This document shows, in pieces, positions 37,923-46,077 of a stretch of 64,000 bases of DNA (positions are counted from its first letter, which is position 1; each line of letters opens with the position of its first letter). The notes under the pieces were generated by a model that was not told where the DNA came from, did not search any database, and saw nothing but the letters and a program-made list of their open reading frames with translations. Location of the stretch: IMG/VR virus record IMGVR_UViG_3300048818_000054, positions 20,451 to 84,450 of that record; one strand, 5' to 3'. A program made the translations under genes and the position numbers. The stretch comes from a virus.

Positions 37923-37961
37923 GGTTCAATTCCCTTGTTTTGGTTTCACCGATGACCGGCC

Positions 37962-39794
37962 TTAGAACTGCGACGCGACAACGTGAAGGCCCGTGCCCCA
38001 AGTGTCGCCCGCCAGAGCGGTGACGCGCGCGGCCAAGGTCGCCATGGCATTCGAGATTGCCACTTGGATAGTCGCGGCCAAGGTGTTCTGAACGCCACTC
38101 GCGCCGGTCGCGCCGGGATTGGTCGCGGCTACGGCGGCGTTGTCGGTCGTCACAACGTCGTGGATGGCGACAGTCGCGGCCGGCAAGACGCCGCCCGAGT
38201 TGTCGATCAAAGGCTGCAAGCCCGTGGTGCCGCCCACGTCGCCAAGGACAGCGTTCAACTGAGAGGCCATATAGGCGATGTTCGCCGTAACGGCCGCCAG
38301 AGTGGCGTTCCAAGTCGTGAGCGAAGCGCCGAGGGCAGCCGCGCCAGTCGTGGTCCCGCCGAGCACGCCCGAGCCGTCGAACACTTCCGAGTGCGTAGAC
38401 GTGTTCGTGAAGACCAGCGAGTTGCCGCCGACGCCATCGACCAAGGCCGTGACGCTGAAGGTCGCGCCGCCACCCGCGTTCGGGACAAGCGAGGCAACCA
38501 CCGTGTCTGGAACCGCCGTGTTCGGGACATAGACGCCCGCGCTGATGCCCGCCAAGCCGCGAACGGTCGAGGCCATCGAGGCGATAACGTCGGCCATGGT
38601 GGCAGCGAAGCCGGCCGCCGTGTTGGCGCGCACCTGAATTTGGCCGGGCGTGGTGCCAAGCGTCGTGATGAAGCTGAACGATTGATTGCCAATCGTCATA
38701 ATGTCGCCGTTGATGAAGTTGGTAGTGGTGGCTTCCGTGATGGTGCCCACGGCCTTGATGCCGGCCGCAACCGCGACCGTGGAGGCTTCGGACGCAAGCG
38801 TGGTCGAAACCGTCCCGCCGATGTTGTCCACCAGCGCGGCGAGATCGTTCTTCTCGCGATAGAGGTTGATCTTGGCGAGGATCGAAGAAAGCGCGTTCTG
38901 GTAGGCGTCAATGAGCGTGTTCGTGCCCGCCGTGGGGAGCGAAGCGCCGGACACGTCCTGATAGCCGACCGGAGCCACAACCGCGACCTCGGCGATGGTG
39001 AGGACGCCCGAAGCGCCGCCCGTGCTGTCGGTGAGGGTGCCGGGCGTCGCGCCTTGCGTGAAGAATTCATTGTAGGCGCTGGCGAGAGAGGCGAAGTTAT
39101 TCGCGACGGCGGCCAAGAACGCGGTGCCATCGGCCAAGAGAACCGAGTCCGAACCGGTCGCGCTGTCCACGGCGGCGGGGATAAGCCCGATGACCTTGGA
39201 GAGGTTCACTTCGCTGCCGAACGCATTGGCGATGACGGGCGCGCCGATGGCGGCCAAGCACTGGTTCATGCCGAACATGAGGTTGTACTGCGCGTTCATG
39301 ATCGCATCGGCCTGCGCCACATACGAGGCGTAGCTGACGGCCAGAGCGCCCGCGCCGGTCGTGCAGGACAAGTCCTGAGCAACGATGGTCCCGAAGGTGC
39401 CGAGCGAGCCTTCCGCGTACTGAAGGTTCGCGACGCCGAGGCGGGCCAGCATGTTATTGATGACCGAAACCCAGCCCTGAATGGCGTTGCGCGTCTTGGC
39501 AACGGAGGTCGTGAGGGCCGTGGTAAGGACGCCGCCCGCCGACACGGCGTTATAGACGCCCGTGGGGGCAATGAGGTTGACCAGCGGTAGCGCGCCGTCG
39601 CCGCCCATGGTGGGGGGGATGGCTGCGGTGCCCGTCGTGCTGTCGGTCACGGCGCTGACGGCGGCGACCTGAAGTTTGGCAATGGCGTTGTCGATCGCGA
39701 GGCCACGGACAATGGCGGCAAGACCGTCAACCTCTCGGCTGGCGACTTTGGACTCGCCCGAGAACTGGGCGCGCTTGACAAAAACTGCGGTCAT
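37962..39794 (-). CDS. large Ala/Thr/Gly-rich putative virion protein
   Basis: About 610 aa between neck and tail tube genes; shares a module with tail proteins. Confidence 0.6.
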   Translation of the reverse strand: MTAVFVKRAQFSGESKVASREVDGLAAIVRGLAIDNAIAKLQVAAVSAVTDSTTGTAAIPPTMGGDGALPLVNLIAPTGVYNAVSAGGVLTTALTTSVAKTRNAIQGWVSVINNMLARLGVANLQYAEGSLGTFGTIVAQDLSCTTGAGALAVSYASYVAQADAIMNAQYNLMFGMNQCLAAIGAPVIANAFGSEVNLSKVIGLIPAAVDSATGSDSVLLADGTAFLAAVANNFASLASAYNEFFTQGATPGTLTDSTGGASGVLTIAEVAVVAPVGYQDVSGASLPTAGTNTLIDAYQNALSSILAKINLYREKNDLAALVDNIGGTVSTTLASEASTVAVAAGIKAVGTITEATTTNFINGDIMTIGNQSFSFITTLGTTPGQIQVRANTAAGFAATMADVIASMASTVRGLAGISAGVYVPNTAVPDTVVASLVPNAGGGATFSVTALVDGVGGNSLVFTNTSTHSEVFDGSGVLGGTTTGAAALGASLTTWNATLAAVTANIAYMASQLNAVLGDVGGTTGLQPLIDNSGGVLPAATVAIHDVVTTDNAAVAATNPGATGASGVQNTLAATIQVAISNAMATLAARVTALAGDTWGTGLHVVASQF

Positions 39795-39842
39795 GATGGT
39801 ATTCCTCTGGTACGTGCCGGGGATGCCGACTTGTGGTTCTGC

Positions 39843-39856
39843 TGCAACTAGTTGCA
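39843..39856. repeat. palindrome TGCAACTAGTTGCA, copy 6
   Basis: Upstream of the 37962..39794 gene. Confidence 0.9.
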
Positions 39857-39900
39857 CAAACTATTTAAGGCCACAATGGCCCGGTCTCATTCATGGCCCA

Positions 39901-40395
39901 TCAAAACGGCGGTGTAGCCGTCGCGCGCGGGTCGGCGTAGTTGTATCGGTATTGGATTTGCGCGATGCAAACGCCCATGGCGGCTCGGTCCGCATAGGTT
40001 ATGAGGTCCACTTCAGACCCGATGATCTTGGTATCTATGGCCCTTCCGCCCCATGTGCGGTCGGTAGTCATAGCGCGCTTCACGACGGTCAAAAGCTGTT
40101 CGATCAAGACGCCGGGGTCCGGATCGCCACGGTTTACGGTCGCCCGAAACTCGATATTCACTTCCATGAAGCACATGACGTATGGCATTTGGAACTTCTC
40201 AGCCTCCTTCCCGGCGACGATACCGAGTGAGTACTGCTTCTTCTGATCGTTCTTGGTCAAAGGGCCAATCTCAACCGTCGAAAAATTGAAGCCGAACGGG
40301 TCACCGATCGGCAACGCGTCGGTCACAAGGGTCCGAAAATAGGTCTCGATTGCCTGAATGATGGACAAGCGGACGCTGGTTACATTGGCGGTCAT
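39901..40395 (-). CDS. tail terminator/completion protein
   Basis: Position; VRLSIIQAI...DRTWGG.AID pattern. Confidence 0.65.
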   Translation of the reverse strand: MTANVTSVRLSIIQAIETYFRTLVTDALPIGDPFGFNFSTVEIGPLTKNDQKKQYSLGIVAGKEAEKFQMPYVMCFMEVNIEFRATVNRGDPDPGVLIEQLLTVVKRAMTTDRTWGGRAIDTKIIGSEVDLITYADRAAMGVCIAQIQYRYNYADPRATATPPF

Positions 40396-41045
40396 GACGA
40401 AGCTCCTGCGGTCATCGCCTGAACGATGGCGTCGGCGGCGCGCGATTGAAAGTAGCCCAAGCCTGCGTCAATCGTGGTTCGCAAGCCGAGGCGAGGCGGA
40501 ATGGTCACTGAGGTCTTTAGCACGTAAAGGGGGACGATGCTGGTCCCCCGGCGCTGGAAAATTATGAGGTTCCCGGCCTTTGACTTGGCAACGAAGGTGT
40601 TCGGCCACGCGCGCGGCCCCATCATGAGCGGCACCCCTTGAGCGTCCAGCGCGGGCGGCAATGGGATGGCGAGGAATTGCGCGTTCTTAGCGTGGATCGT
40701 GCCACCGTATTCTTGAATGGCGGCGTAGGGCACGTCCGATCCTATCGAACCCATGATGGCGTCGAAGGTCTCACCGGTAACATTGACGGAGGCGGCAATG
40801 GACGCGATCAAGGCCCCGGTACGCTTGCTCAGGGACGTTTCTGTCGTGCCGCCCGGCCACGCGCCGCCGTGGCGCTGCGCGAGCGCGGTCGATACTTGGT
40901 TGAGAAATTCTCGAAGCTCTTGAGAAAGCACGCGGGCAGAGCCGTCCCAATCTGACTTCAGAGCTTTGCCAAAAGCGGTCAAGCCGGCCGATATTGAGTC
41001 GAACCGCTGATCTCGGAAGTTGACTTCGATATCGAAGGTAGCCAC
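40392..41045 (-). CDS. neck/tail-completion protein (HK97 gp10-like)
   Basis: RTGAL..SI, YAAIQEYGG.I, IPPR. Confidence 0.75.
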   Translation of the reverse strand: MATFDIEVNFRDQRFDSISAGLTAFGKALKSDWDGSARVLSQELREFLNQVSTALAQRHGGAWPGGTTETSLSKRTGALIASIAASVNVTGETFDAIMGSIGSDVPYAAIQEYGGTIHAKNAQFLAIPLPPALDAQGVPLMMGPRAWPNTFVAKSKAGNLIIFQRRGTSIVPLYVLKTSVTIPPRLGLRTTIDAGLGYFQSRAADAIVQAMTAGASS

Positions 41046-41052
41046 GGCAGCC

Positions 41053-41679
41053 TCAGAGCGGCAGTAGGGCTAGGGGAGCGTAGCGAAGGTGTTTGGATAG
41101 CAGGGAATTGAGTTGTGGCTGTAGCACCTTCGGCTCTAGCTTGATTTGCGCTTCCGAAAGCGACGCATCGTCCACCAAACCGAGCAAAGTCTTGATCTTG
41201 CACGCCTGTTGAAGCCAATCCGGAACCTCGGCCAACGAATAGCTCCCAACGATCGGGGGCGATGATGCGTCGGGATCAAAGCCGGCGACGTAAACGATCT
41301 GAACGTACTGGCGGGAATAGCGATTGGCTACGTCCTTCACCAAGCCCTTGCCCGAGTGCAGAATGACGGTAGGCGTGTAATCGAGCAGCACGCTTCCATC
41401 GGTGAAGTTCGCATATTCGTAAGCCACCTTGACCGACGTAATGCTCGCGATAAGCCCGCGCGTAAGGCGGAACTCGGTAGCAAAAGCCTGACCCTCAATC
41501 ACGGTCGGCTCGTCCACATAGAACGTGTCCGTGAACGTGCCCCGGTCAAAGTCGGTATTGAGCAACCCGGCAAGCTGCGGCTCCGCAGCGTCCATCGCCA
41601 TGGTGACGGCAAACGTAATGTCCGTCATCGCGTCAAAACCTAGGCGCTCGACAACTTCCGTGACCGAGGCAAGCAACAT
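41053..41679 (-). CDS. head-tail connector/adaptor
   Basis: LASV.EV..RLG, V.YVAGF, VPDWLQQAC. Confidence 0.75.
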   Translation of the reverse strand: MLLASVTEVVERLGFDAMTDITFAVTMAMDAAEPQLAGLLNTDFDRGTFTDTFYVDEPTVIEGQAFATEFRLTRGLIASITSVKVAYEYANFTDGSVLLDYTPTVILHSGKGLVKDVANRYSRQYVQIVYVAGFDPDASSPPIVGSYSLAEVPDWLQQACKIKTLLGLVDDASLSEAQIKLEPKVLQPQLNSLLSKHLRYAPLALLPL

Positions 41680-41689
41680 GGCGTGGTCC

Positions 41690-42187
41690 TCACTTCATCT
41701 GAACGGCGACTTCGGGCTTTCCAGAGGCTTTGAAGACGCGCGGCTTGGTATTGTCCGTGGTGACCGTCCCGTCCGCCGCGTCCAAGCGACCTTCGGTGGC
41801 CGGGCGCATGGGCGAGCGATTGGGCTCGTCCGGAGGATTGAGGACTTGCATGGCGCGGTCGCGCTCGGCAACAGAAATCGGATATTTCAGCAATTCCGAC
41901 AGGGCGTAATGGCTCGGCTTGCCTGAACGATCGAACTTCGTATCGTCGGGGGTTTCGAGCATACCCATCTTTTCGATGATATCTTCGATCAAAGCCTCGC
42001 CCTTGGGGCGATTGGCGAGGGCGTCGGCTTCGTATTCCTCTCGGCCGAATATGCCCTTGACGCGGAAGCGAGGATCGCTGTCAAGCAGCTTAGCCTCGTC
42101 GGAATTTACGTCCACTTCCTCGTCTTTGATGTAAATCCGGCCCCGGATGTTCAGACGGCGCGGACCAATGAGTTTTGCGGTAGGCAT
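41690..42187 (-). CDS. hypothetical protein downstream of the major capsid gene
   Basis: ORF with plausible start MPTAKLIG. Confidence 0.6.
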   Translation of the reverse strand: MPTAKLIGPRRLNIRGRIYIKDEEVDVNSDEAKLLDSDPRFRVKGIFGREEYEADALANRPKGEALIEDIIEKMGMLETPDDTKFDRSGKPSHYALSELLKYPISVAERDRAMQVLNPPDEPNRSPMRPATEGRLDAADGTVTTDNTKPRVFKASGKPEVAVQMK

Positions 42188-42245
42188 GACATTCTCCATT
42201 CGGGGCAGCTTTCGCCAGCCCATCTTCGGCCCGGTATTGGGCGAC

Positions 42246-42274
42246 AAAAGGGCGCAGCCGTTAAGCTACGCCCT
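42246..42274 (-). terminator. Rho-independent terminator after the major capsid gene
   Basis: AGGGCGTAGC-TTAACG-GCTGCGCCCT followed by TTTG. Confidence 0.75.
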
Positions 42275-42300
42275 CATGTTCGGTCAAGCCGCGGTACAGA

Positions 42301-43302
42301 TCAAACCGTGGCGATGTTCTCGTACTGCACGATGGCGTCGCTCTCTTCGATATTGAAGGCGATACGCGCCGTCAACACGATGATGTAAACGCGCTCCGTG
42401 ATATCCTTGTCGAATTCCATGGACACCTGACGCTGAATGCCGAAAATCAGGTTCAGCGGGTCGGTGAACAGGCCCTCGGACTCAGGCATAAGAGCGACCG
42501 GGACCACGGGCGAACCGTAGGCGAAGGTCGGGCTCGTGCCCTGCGTCATCTGGTCGCCCAGCGCCGTTGCGCGGTCGGACAGCGTGTCGCGGTATTCCGT
42601 CTCGTTATTGACCGAGACGAAATGGTTCAGCGCGGGCTTGTTGCGCTGATACTGCGACGGCATGGTCTTCAAGCCCTGCTTGAAGATGGCCTTGCTGATC
42701 GACTGGCTGTTGGCGTTGAACACGTTGCCGGACGTGCTGGCGATATTGAGCCAGCCGGCGAACTGGCTGAGATAAGCCTGATCGTCTGTATCGGCGGCGT
42801 TCGTGTAGGCGGTATACGCAAGCAGGCCAAGCTCTTCCATGTCCAGCGCGGCGCGCTCGGCAATCAAGTCAATGATCGTCTGGCGCAGCCCGGCCGGGCC
42901 GGTGTTGGGCAATTCGTTCGTCGCCGTCGTGGCGCGCTCGATATTGTCCTCCATCACGTCGTACGGGATGTTGACCTGAGCGATCTGCTCCTTGGTCGTC
43001 AACTCGATCTGCGACGTGGTGGGCTTGGCGCGGCCGTCGAGAGCCGTGCTGTTGGAACCGTTCGCCGTAAGAGCAACGGCCGACGTGGCGGCGCGCAAGA
43101 TGCGCGAGCCGAAGCCGATCTTGTTGATCTTGCGGATGGGAGCAACCATTTCGACCACGCGGCAGAGCCGAATGAGCGTGGGCTGCTTGATAAGTTTGCG
43201 GATGAAGGCCGCGCCCTGTTCGGGGCTCAGTTCACCGCCGTTGCTGGCGAGGTCCGCGATGGCGAGATCGGCCTTGCGGAGCAGGCTGCTGTTGCTGGAC
43301 AT
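42301..43302 (-). CDS. major capsid protein (HK97 fold)
   Basis: LLRKADL...GGELSPEQ...FI, DVMEDNIE, NLIFGIQR...EFDKDI. Confidence 0.9.
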   Translation of the reverse strand: MSSNSSLLRKADLAIADLASNGGELSPEQGAAFIRKLIKQPTLIRLCRVVEMVAPIRKINKIGFGSRILRAATSAVALTANGSNSTALDGRAKPTTSQIELTTKEQIAQVNIPYDVMEDNIERATTATNELPNTGPAGLRQTIIDLIAERAALDMEELGLLAYTAYTNAADTDDQAYLSQFAGWLNIASTSGNVFNANSQSISKAIFKQGLKTMPSQYQRNKPALNHFVSVNNETEYRDTLSDRATALGDQMTQGTSPTFAYGSPVVPVALMPESEGLFTDPLNLIFGIQRQVSMEFDKDITERVYIIVLTARIAFNIEESDAIVQYENIATV

Positions 43303-43343
43303 TTTCGTTCACTCCAAGTTTCTGTTGCAGTTGCTATCCGCGA

Positions 43344-45293
43344 TCACGCGCGGCGGGAAAATCCCGTATCCATGAGGGGCGGAGCGTTGTCGGCGGTCTT
43401 GGCGAAAGCCACAACCACGTCATCGTTCGCCTCCCCGAACACGGTCCCGAGTAGGGCCGCGTCGTGTTTCTTCACCGAGCCGACCACTTCGTCCACCCGG
43501 CTTCCTAGGGCCGATACGTCCTTCTTCACGCCAGCCAGACCGTCTTTCACGTCCTTGCTGAGCGCGGCGACGGCCTGCATGATCGCGCCGTTCTCTGACT
43601 TGAGGGTCTGAACGTCGTTTTCCTGCGCGCCTGCGCCAGACAACCCGTCTGAGAGTTGCTGTTCTTTGTTCTTTCCCTTCTTGCCGGCGTCATCGTCGCC
43701 CGCGTTCTTGGTCGTCGGGGAAAGCATCTTCGCGGGAATGCCAGCGGTATCGAGCGTGGCTCCCTTGACTTTGCCGGTGACTTTGCCGCCAGCGTTCTTG
43801 GCGTCGTCAGCCGTGGCGCGCGCCTGAGCCGCGAGGCTATCTTCGTCCGTGCTGGTCCCGGCACCCGCGCCATCGGCACCTTCGCCGGTGACAAGAATGC
43901 TCGTAACATCAACGGTATGCGCGTCCTTGACGACTACCGTGTTCTTGACGGCCGCGAGGTCGAGTTCGGCTTTGGTAAGCGCGGCCTTGGCCTCTTCAAC
44001 CTTCTGGGTGGAAGCCATCAACTTGGGATTGAGGCCCGTGGTCGCGCCGATCGTGCGAGCGTCGCCATCGTCGGCGTTCTCATTGCGGTTCGTCGCGGCG
44101 CGCGCGGCGTCATTGGCGTCTTTCCAGACCTTCACGTCGGCGGCGCTCTTGGCGAGGATCGCCTTGACCGCATCATAAATGCCCTGCGCGAGGTCGGTCT
44201 TGCCGACCGCAACCAAGTCGGCAGCGGTCTTGCACATGGCGGTCGCCTCTACTTCGGCTTTCTGCGTGGAGGCCATAAGCTCGGCGGGCATCCCGGTATC
44301 GGTGCCCGAGGTCTTGCCCCCTAACTTGCCGCCCGGAATGGCGTTGATGGCGGTGTTCGACGCATCGTCGGCGGTCGCCGCAGCGTTCGTCTCCGTGCCA
44401 GCGCCGAGTTCCGCGCCAGCGCCCGTGCCGTTCAGGCCGGCGTCGGCCTTCGCAACTTGGGTATTGCCGGGGGTCTTCTCCGGGATAAGCGGGTCTTTGC
44501 CGGCAACGGCCGTAGCCATGTCGCCGCCGCCGAGGTCGCCTTCACCCTTCGCGATCTTGCCCTTCTCAAACTTACCGGGGCCGGTCTCCTGATCGCCGCC
44601 AGCCCCGCCTTCGGCGTTGCCGGTGCCGGTCTTCTTGAGTTCGGCCTTGCGAAGCGCTTGGTCGAACTTGAAGGCCGAGACGGGAACCGCCTTGGTCAGG
44701 GTCATGATGTAGGCTTTGAAGTCGTCAACGGCCTTCGAAATGCCGACTGCGGCGGCGGTCGGGTCGGCCGCGTCCTGAAGCACGTTGCTGACCACCGATC
44801 CGAGGGCCTGAGCCGCGCCGGACAGCGACATGACATACGAGCTTGTAGCGACGTTTTCGCCAAAGTCGGACGAATTGAAATCGTACTCGCAAAAGCCTTT
44901 CTTGAGGCCCGAAATCCCGAGCGCCACGTCCTTGCTGACCTTCAGCATCATCGTGTCTGCCGGGTTGACGCCGCTCTTCAGCGTATAGACCGTCATGCCC
45001 TTGATCTCGCCCTTCAGAAGGGGCTCGAAGTCAACGCCGGCCGCCTTCAGCATGGCGATGATGGCGTCCTCATTGGCGGCCTTCGTCATGTAGACGCCGA
45101 CCACGGCGGGAGCAACCACGGTGCCACCGTCGCCCTTGAGAACGGTCTTCTTGAGCAAGCTATAGAGGTCCATGTCTGCGTCCTCGCTTTTGGTCAATCG
45201 AAACGGTATGCGGTTCGCACCCCGTTTGACCAACGCAATGAAATTCACGTCCGTATCGGTCAGTTCTGTCGCGTTAATTTCGAACTTGGGCAT
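43344..45293 (-). CDS. scaffold/internal core protein
   Basis: Between protease and MCP; VNFIALVKRGANRIPFRLTK N-terminus; low-complexity repeats. Confidence 0.65.
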   Translation of the reverse strand: MPKFEINATELTDTDVNFIALVKRGANRIPFRLTKSEDADMDLYSLLKKTVLKGDGGTVVAPAVVGVYMTKAANEDAIIAMLKAAGVDFEPLLKGEIKGMTVYTLKSGVNPADTMMLKVSKDVALGISGLKKGFCEYDFNSSDFGENVATSSYVMSLSGAAQALGSVVSNVLQDAADPTAAAVGISKAVDDFKAYIMTLTKAVPVSAFKFDQALRKAELKKTGTGNAEGGAGGDQETGPGKFEKGKIAKGEGDLGGGDMATAVAGKDPLIPEKTPGNTQVAKADAGLNGTGAGAELGAGTETNAAATADDASNTAINAIPGGKLGGKTSGTDTGMPAELMASTQKAEVEATAMCKTAADLVAVGKTDLAQGIYDAVKAILAKSAADVKVWKDANDAARAATNRNENADDGDARTIGATTGLNPKLMASTQKVEEAKAALTKAELDLAAVKNTVVVKDAHTVDVTSILVTGEGADGAGAGTSTDEDSLAAQARATADDAKNAGGKVTGKVKGATLDTAGIPAKMLSPTTKNAGDDDAGKKGKNKEQQLSDGLSGAGAQENDVQTLKSENGAIMQAVAALSKDVKDGLAGVKKDVSALGSRVDEVVGSVKKHDAALLGTVFGEANDDVVVAFAKTADNAPPLMDTGFSRRA

Positions 45294-46008
45294 CCAAAAT
45301 TCCCTCGACAAACGAGAACCGGTGACAATGCGGCGGGTTGCCCGCCATTTCCGTTACCGTCCCGCGCTCGATCTTGTGAATGTGGCCGTCGCGAGCGTTG
45401 CCCGTCTTGCCACCAAGAAAGAACCCGGTCGGGTCATACTTGACGAAAAACTGGTGCCGGTGCCCTTGCACTTCGTCAGTCTCGCCTTTGAGCAAATCCG
45501 GCATTTCGATCGAAAACACGGTGTCTGTTCGGACACCCATGCCATCAAGCGAAAAACCGTTCAACTCGCCCGACTTGACCATTTTCCAAATGGCGGCGTC
45601 GGGAACGTGCGCTCCAATCACCCAGCTATCGGCTAGGAAAATCGGGTCGCCTTCGCGAGCGATGAAGCTTTCGACGATGCACGAACCGGACGGCACCTGA
45701 GAATGGTTCACGTCCACATTCTTCAAAAGGCCCTTGGACATGAAGTTGTACGCCATCTTCTTGACTTGCACGGCGGACATGAAGTCCCCTTGCGAGTCCG
45801 GAAAACCCGGCGCGTAAACCTCGCCAAAGACGGTCTGCTCTTCGTCATCTAGCTTCTTGATAAGGATTTGATTGATTTCCGGCACTGTTTTGAGGACGCG
45901 GCTTGCCATGAACGATAGATCGTCCGTCGCCAGCTTCATCAACCTAACTCGGTCGGCCACCACTTTATCCTCACCACTGGTCACCCAGCGAATGATGAAG
46001 ATTGGCAC
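45274..46008 (-). CDS. XkdF-like prohead serine protease
   Basis: VFGEVYAP..PDSQGD, DVNH, IVESFI, GELNGFS. Confidence 0.85.
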   Translation of the reverse strand: MPIFIIRWVTSGEDKVVADRVRLMKLATDDLSFMASRVLKTVPEINQILIKKLDDEEQTVFGEVYAPGFPDSQGDFMSAVQVKKMAYNFMSKGLLKNVDVNHSQVPSGSCIVESFIAREGDPIFLADSWVIGAHVPDAAIWKMVKSGELNGFSLDGMGVRTDTVFSIEMPDLLKGETDEVQGHRHQFFVKYDPTGFFLGGKTGNARDGHIHKIERGTVTEMAGNPPHCHRFSFVEGILDAQVRN

Positions 46009-46034
46009 GCGCGAGAGTTTGGATCAATCCTCTG

Positions 46035-46048
46035 TGCAACTAGTTGCA
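46035..46048. repeat. palindrome TGCAACTAGTTGCA, copy 7
   Basis: Upstream of the prohead protease. Confidence 0.9.
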
Positions 46049-46049
46049 C

Positions 46050-46071
46050 AAAATGGCCCAAGTGATGGGCC
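46050..46071 (-). terminator. possible terminator after the MuF gene
   Basis: GGCCCA-TCACT-TGGGCC followed by ATTTT. Confidence 0.45.
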
Positions 46072-46077
46072 GCCAAA

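Noticed and set aside
37983-39590. 535-aa plus-strand ORF and other long plus-strand ORFs (e.g. 42622..43611, 44457..45443, 36270..37286)
   Set aside because: They are antisense shadows of GC3-rich minus-strand genes, Arg-rich, without RBS or recognisable motifs.
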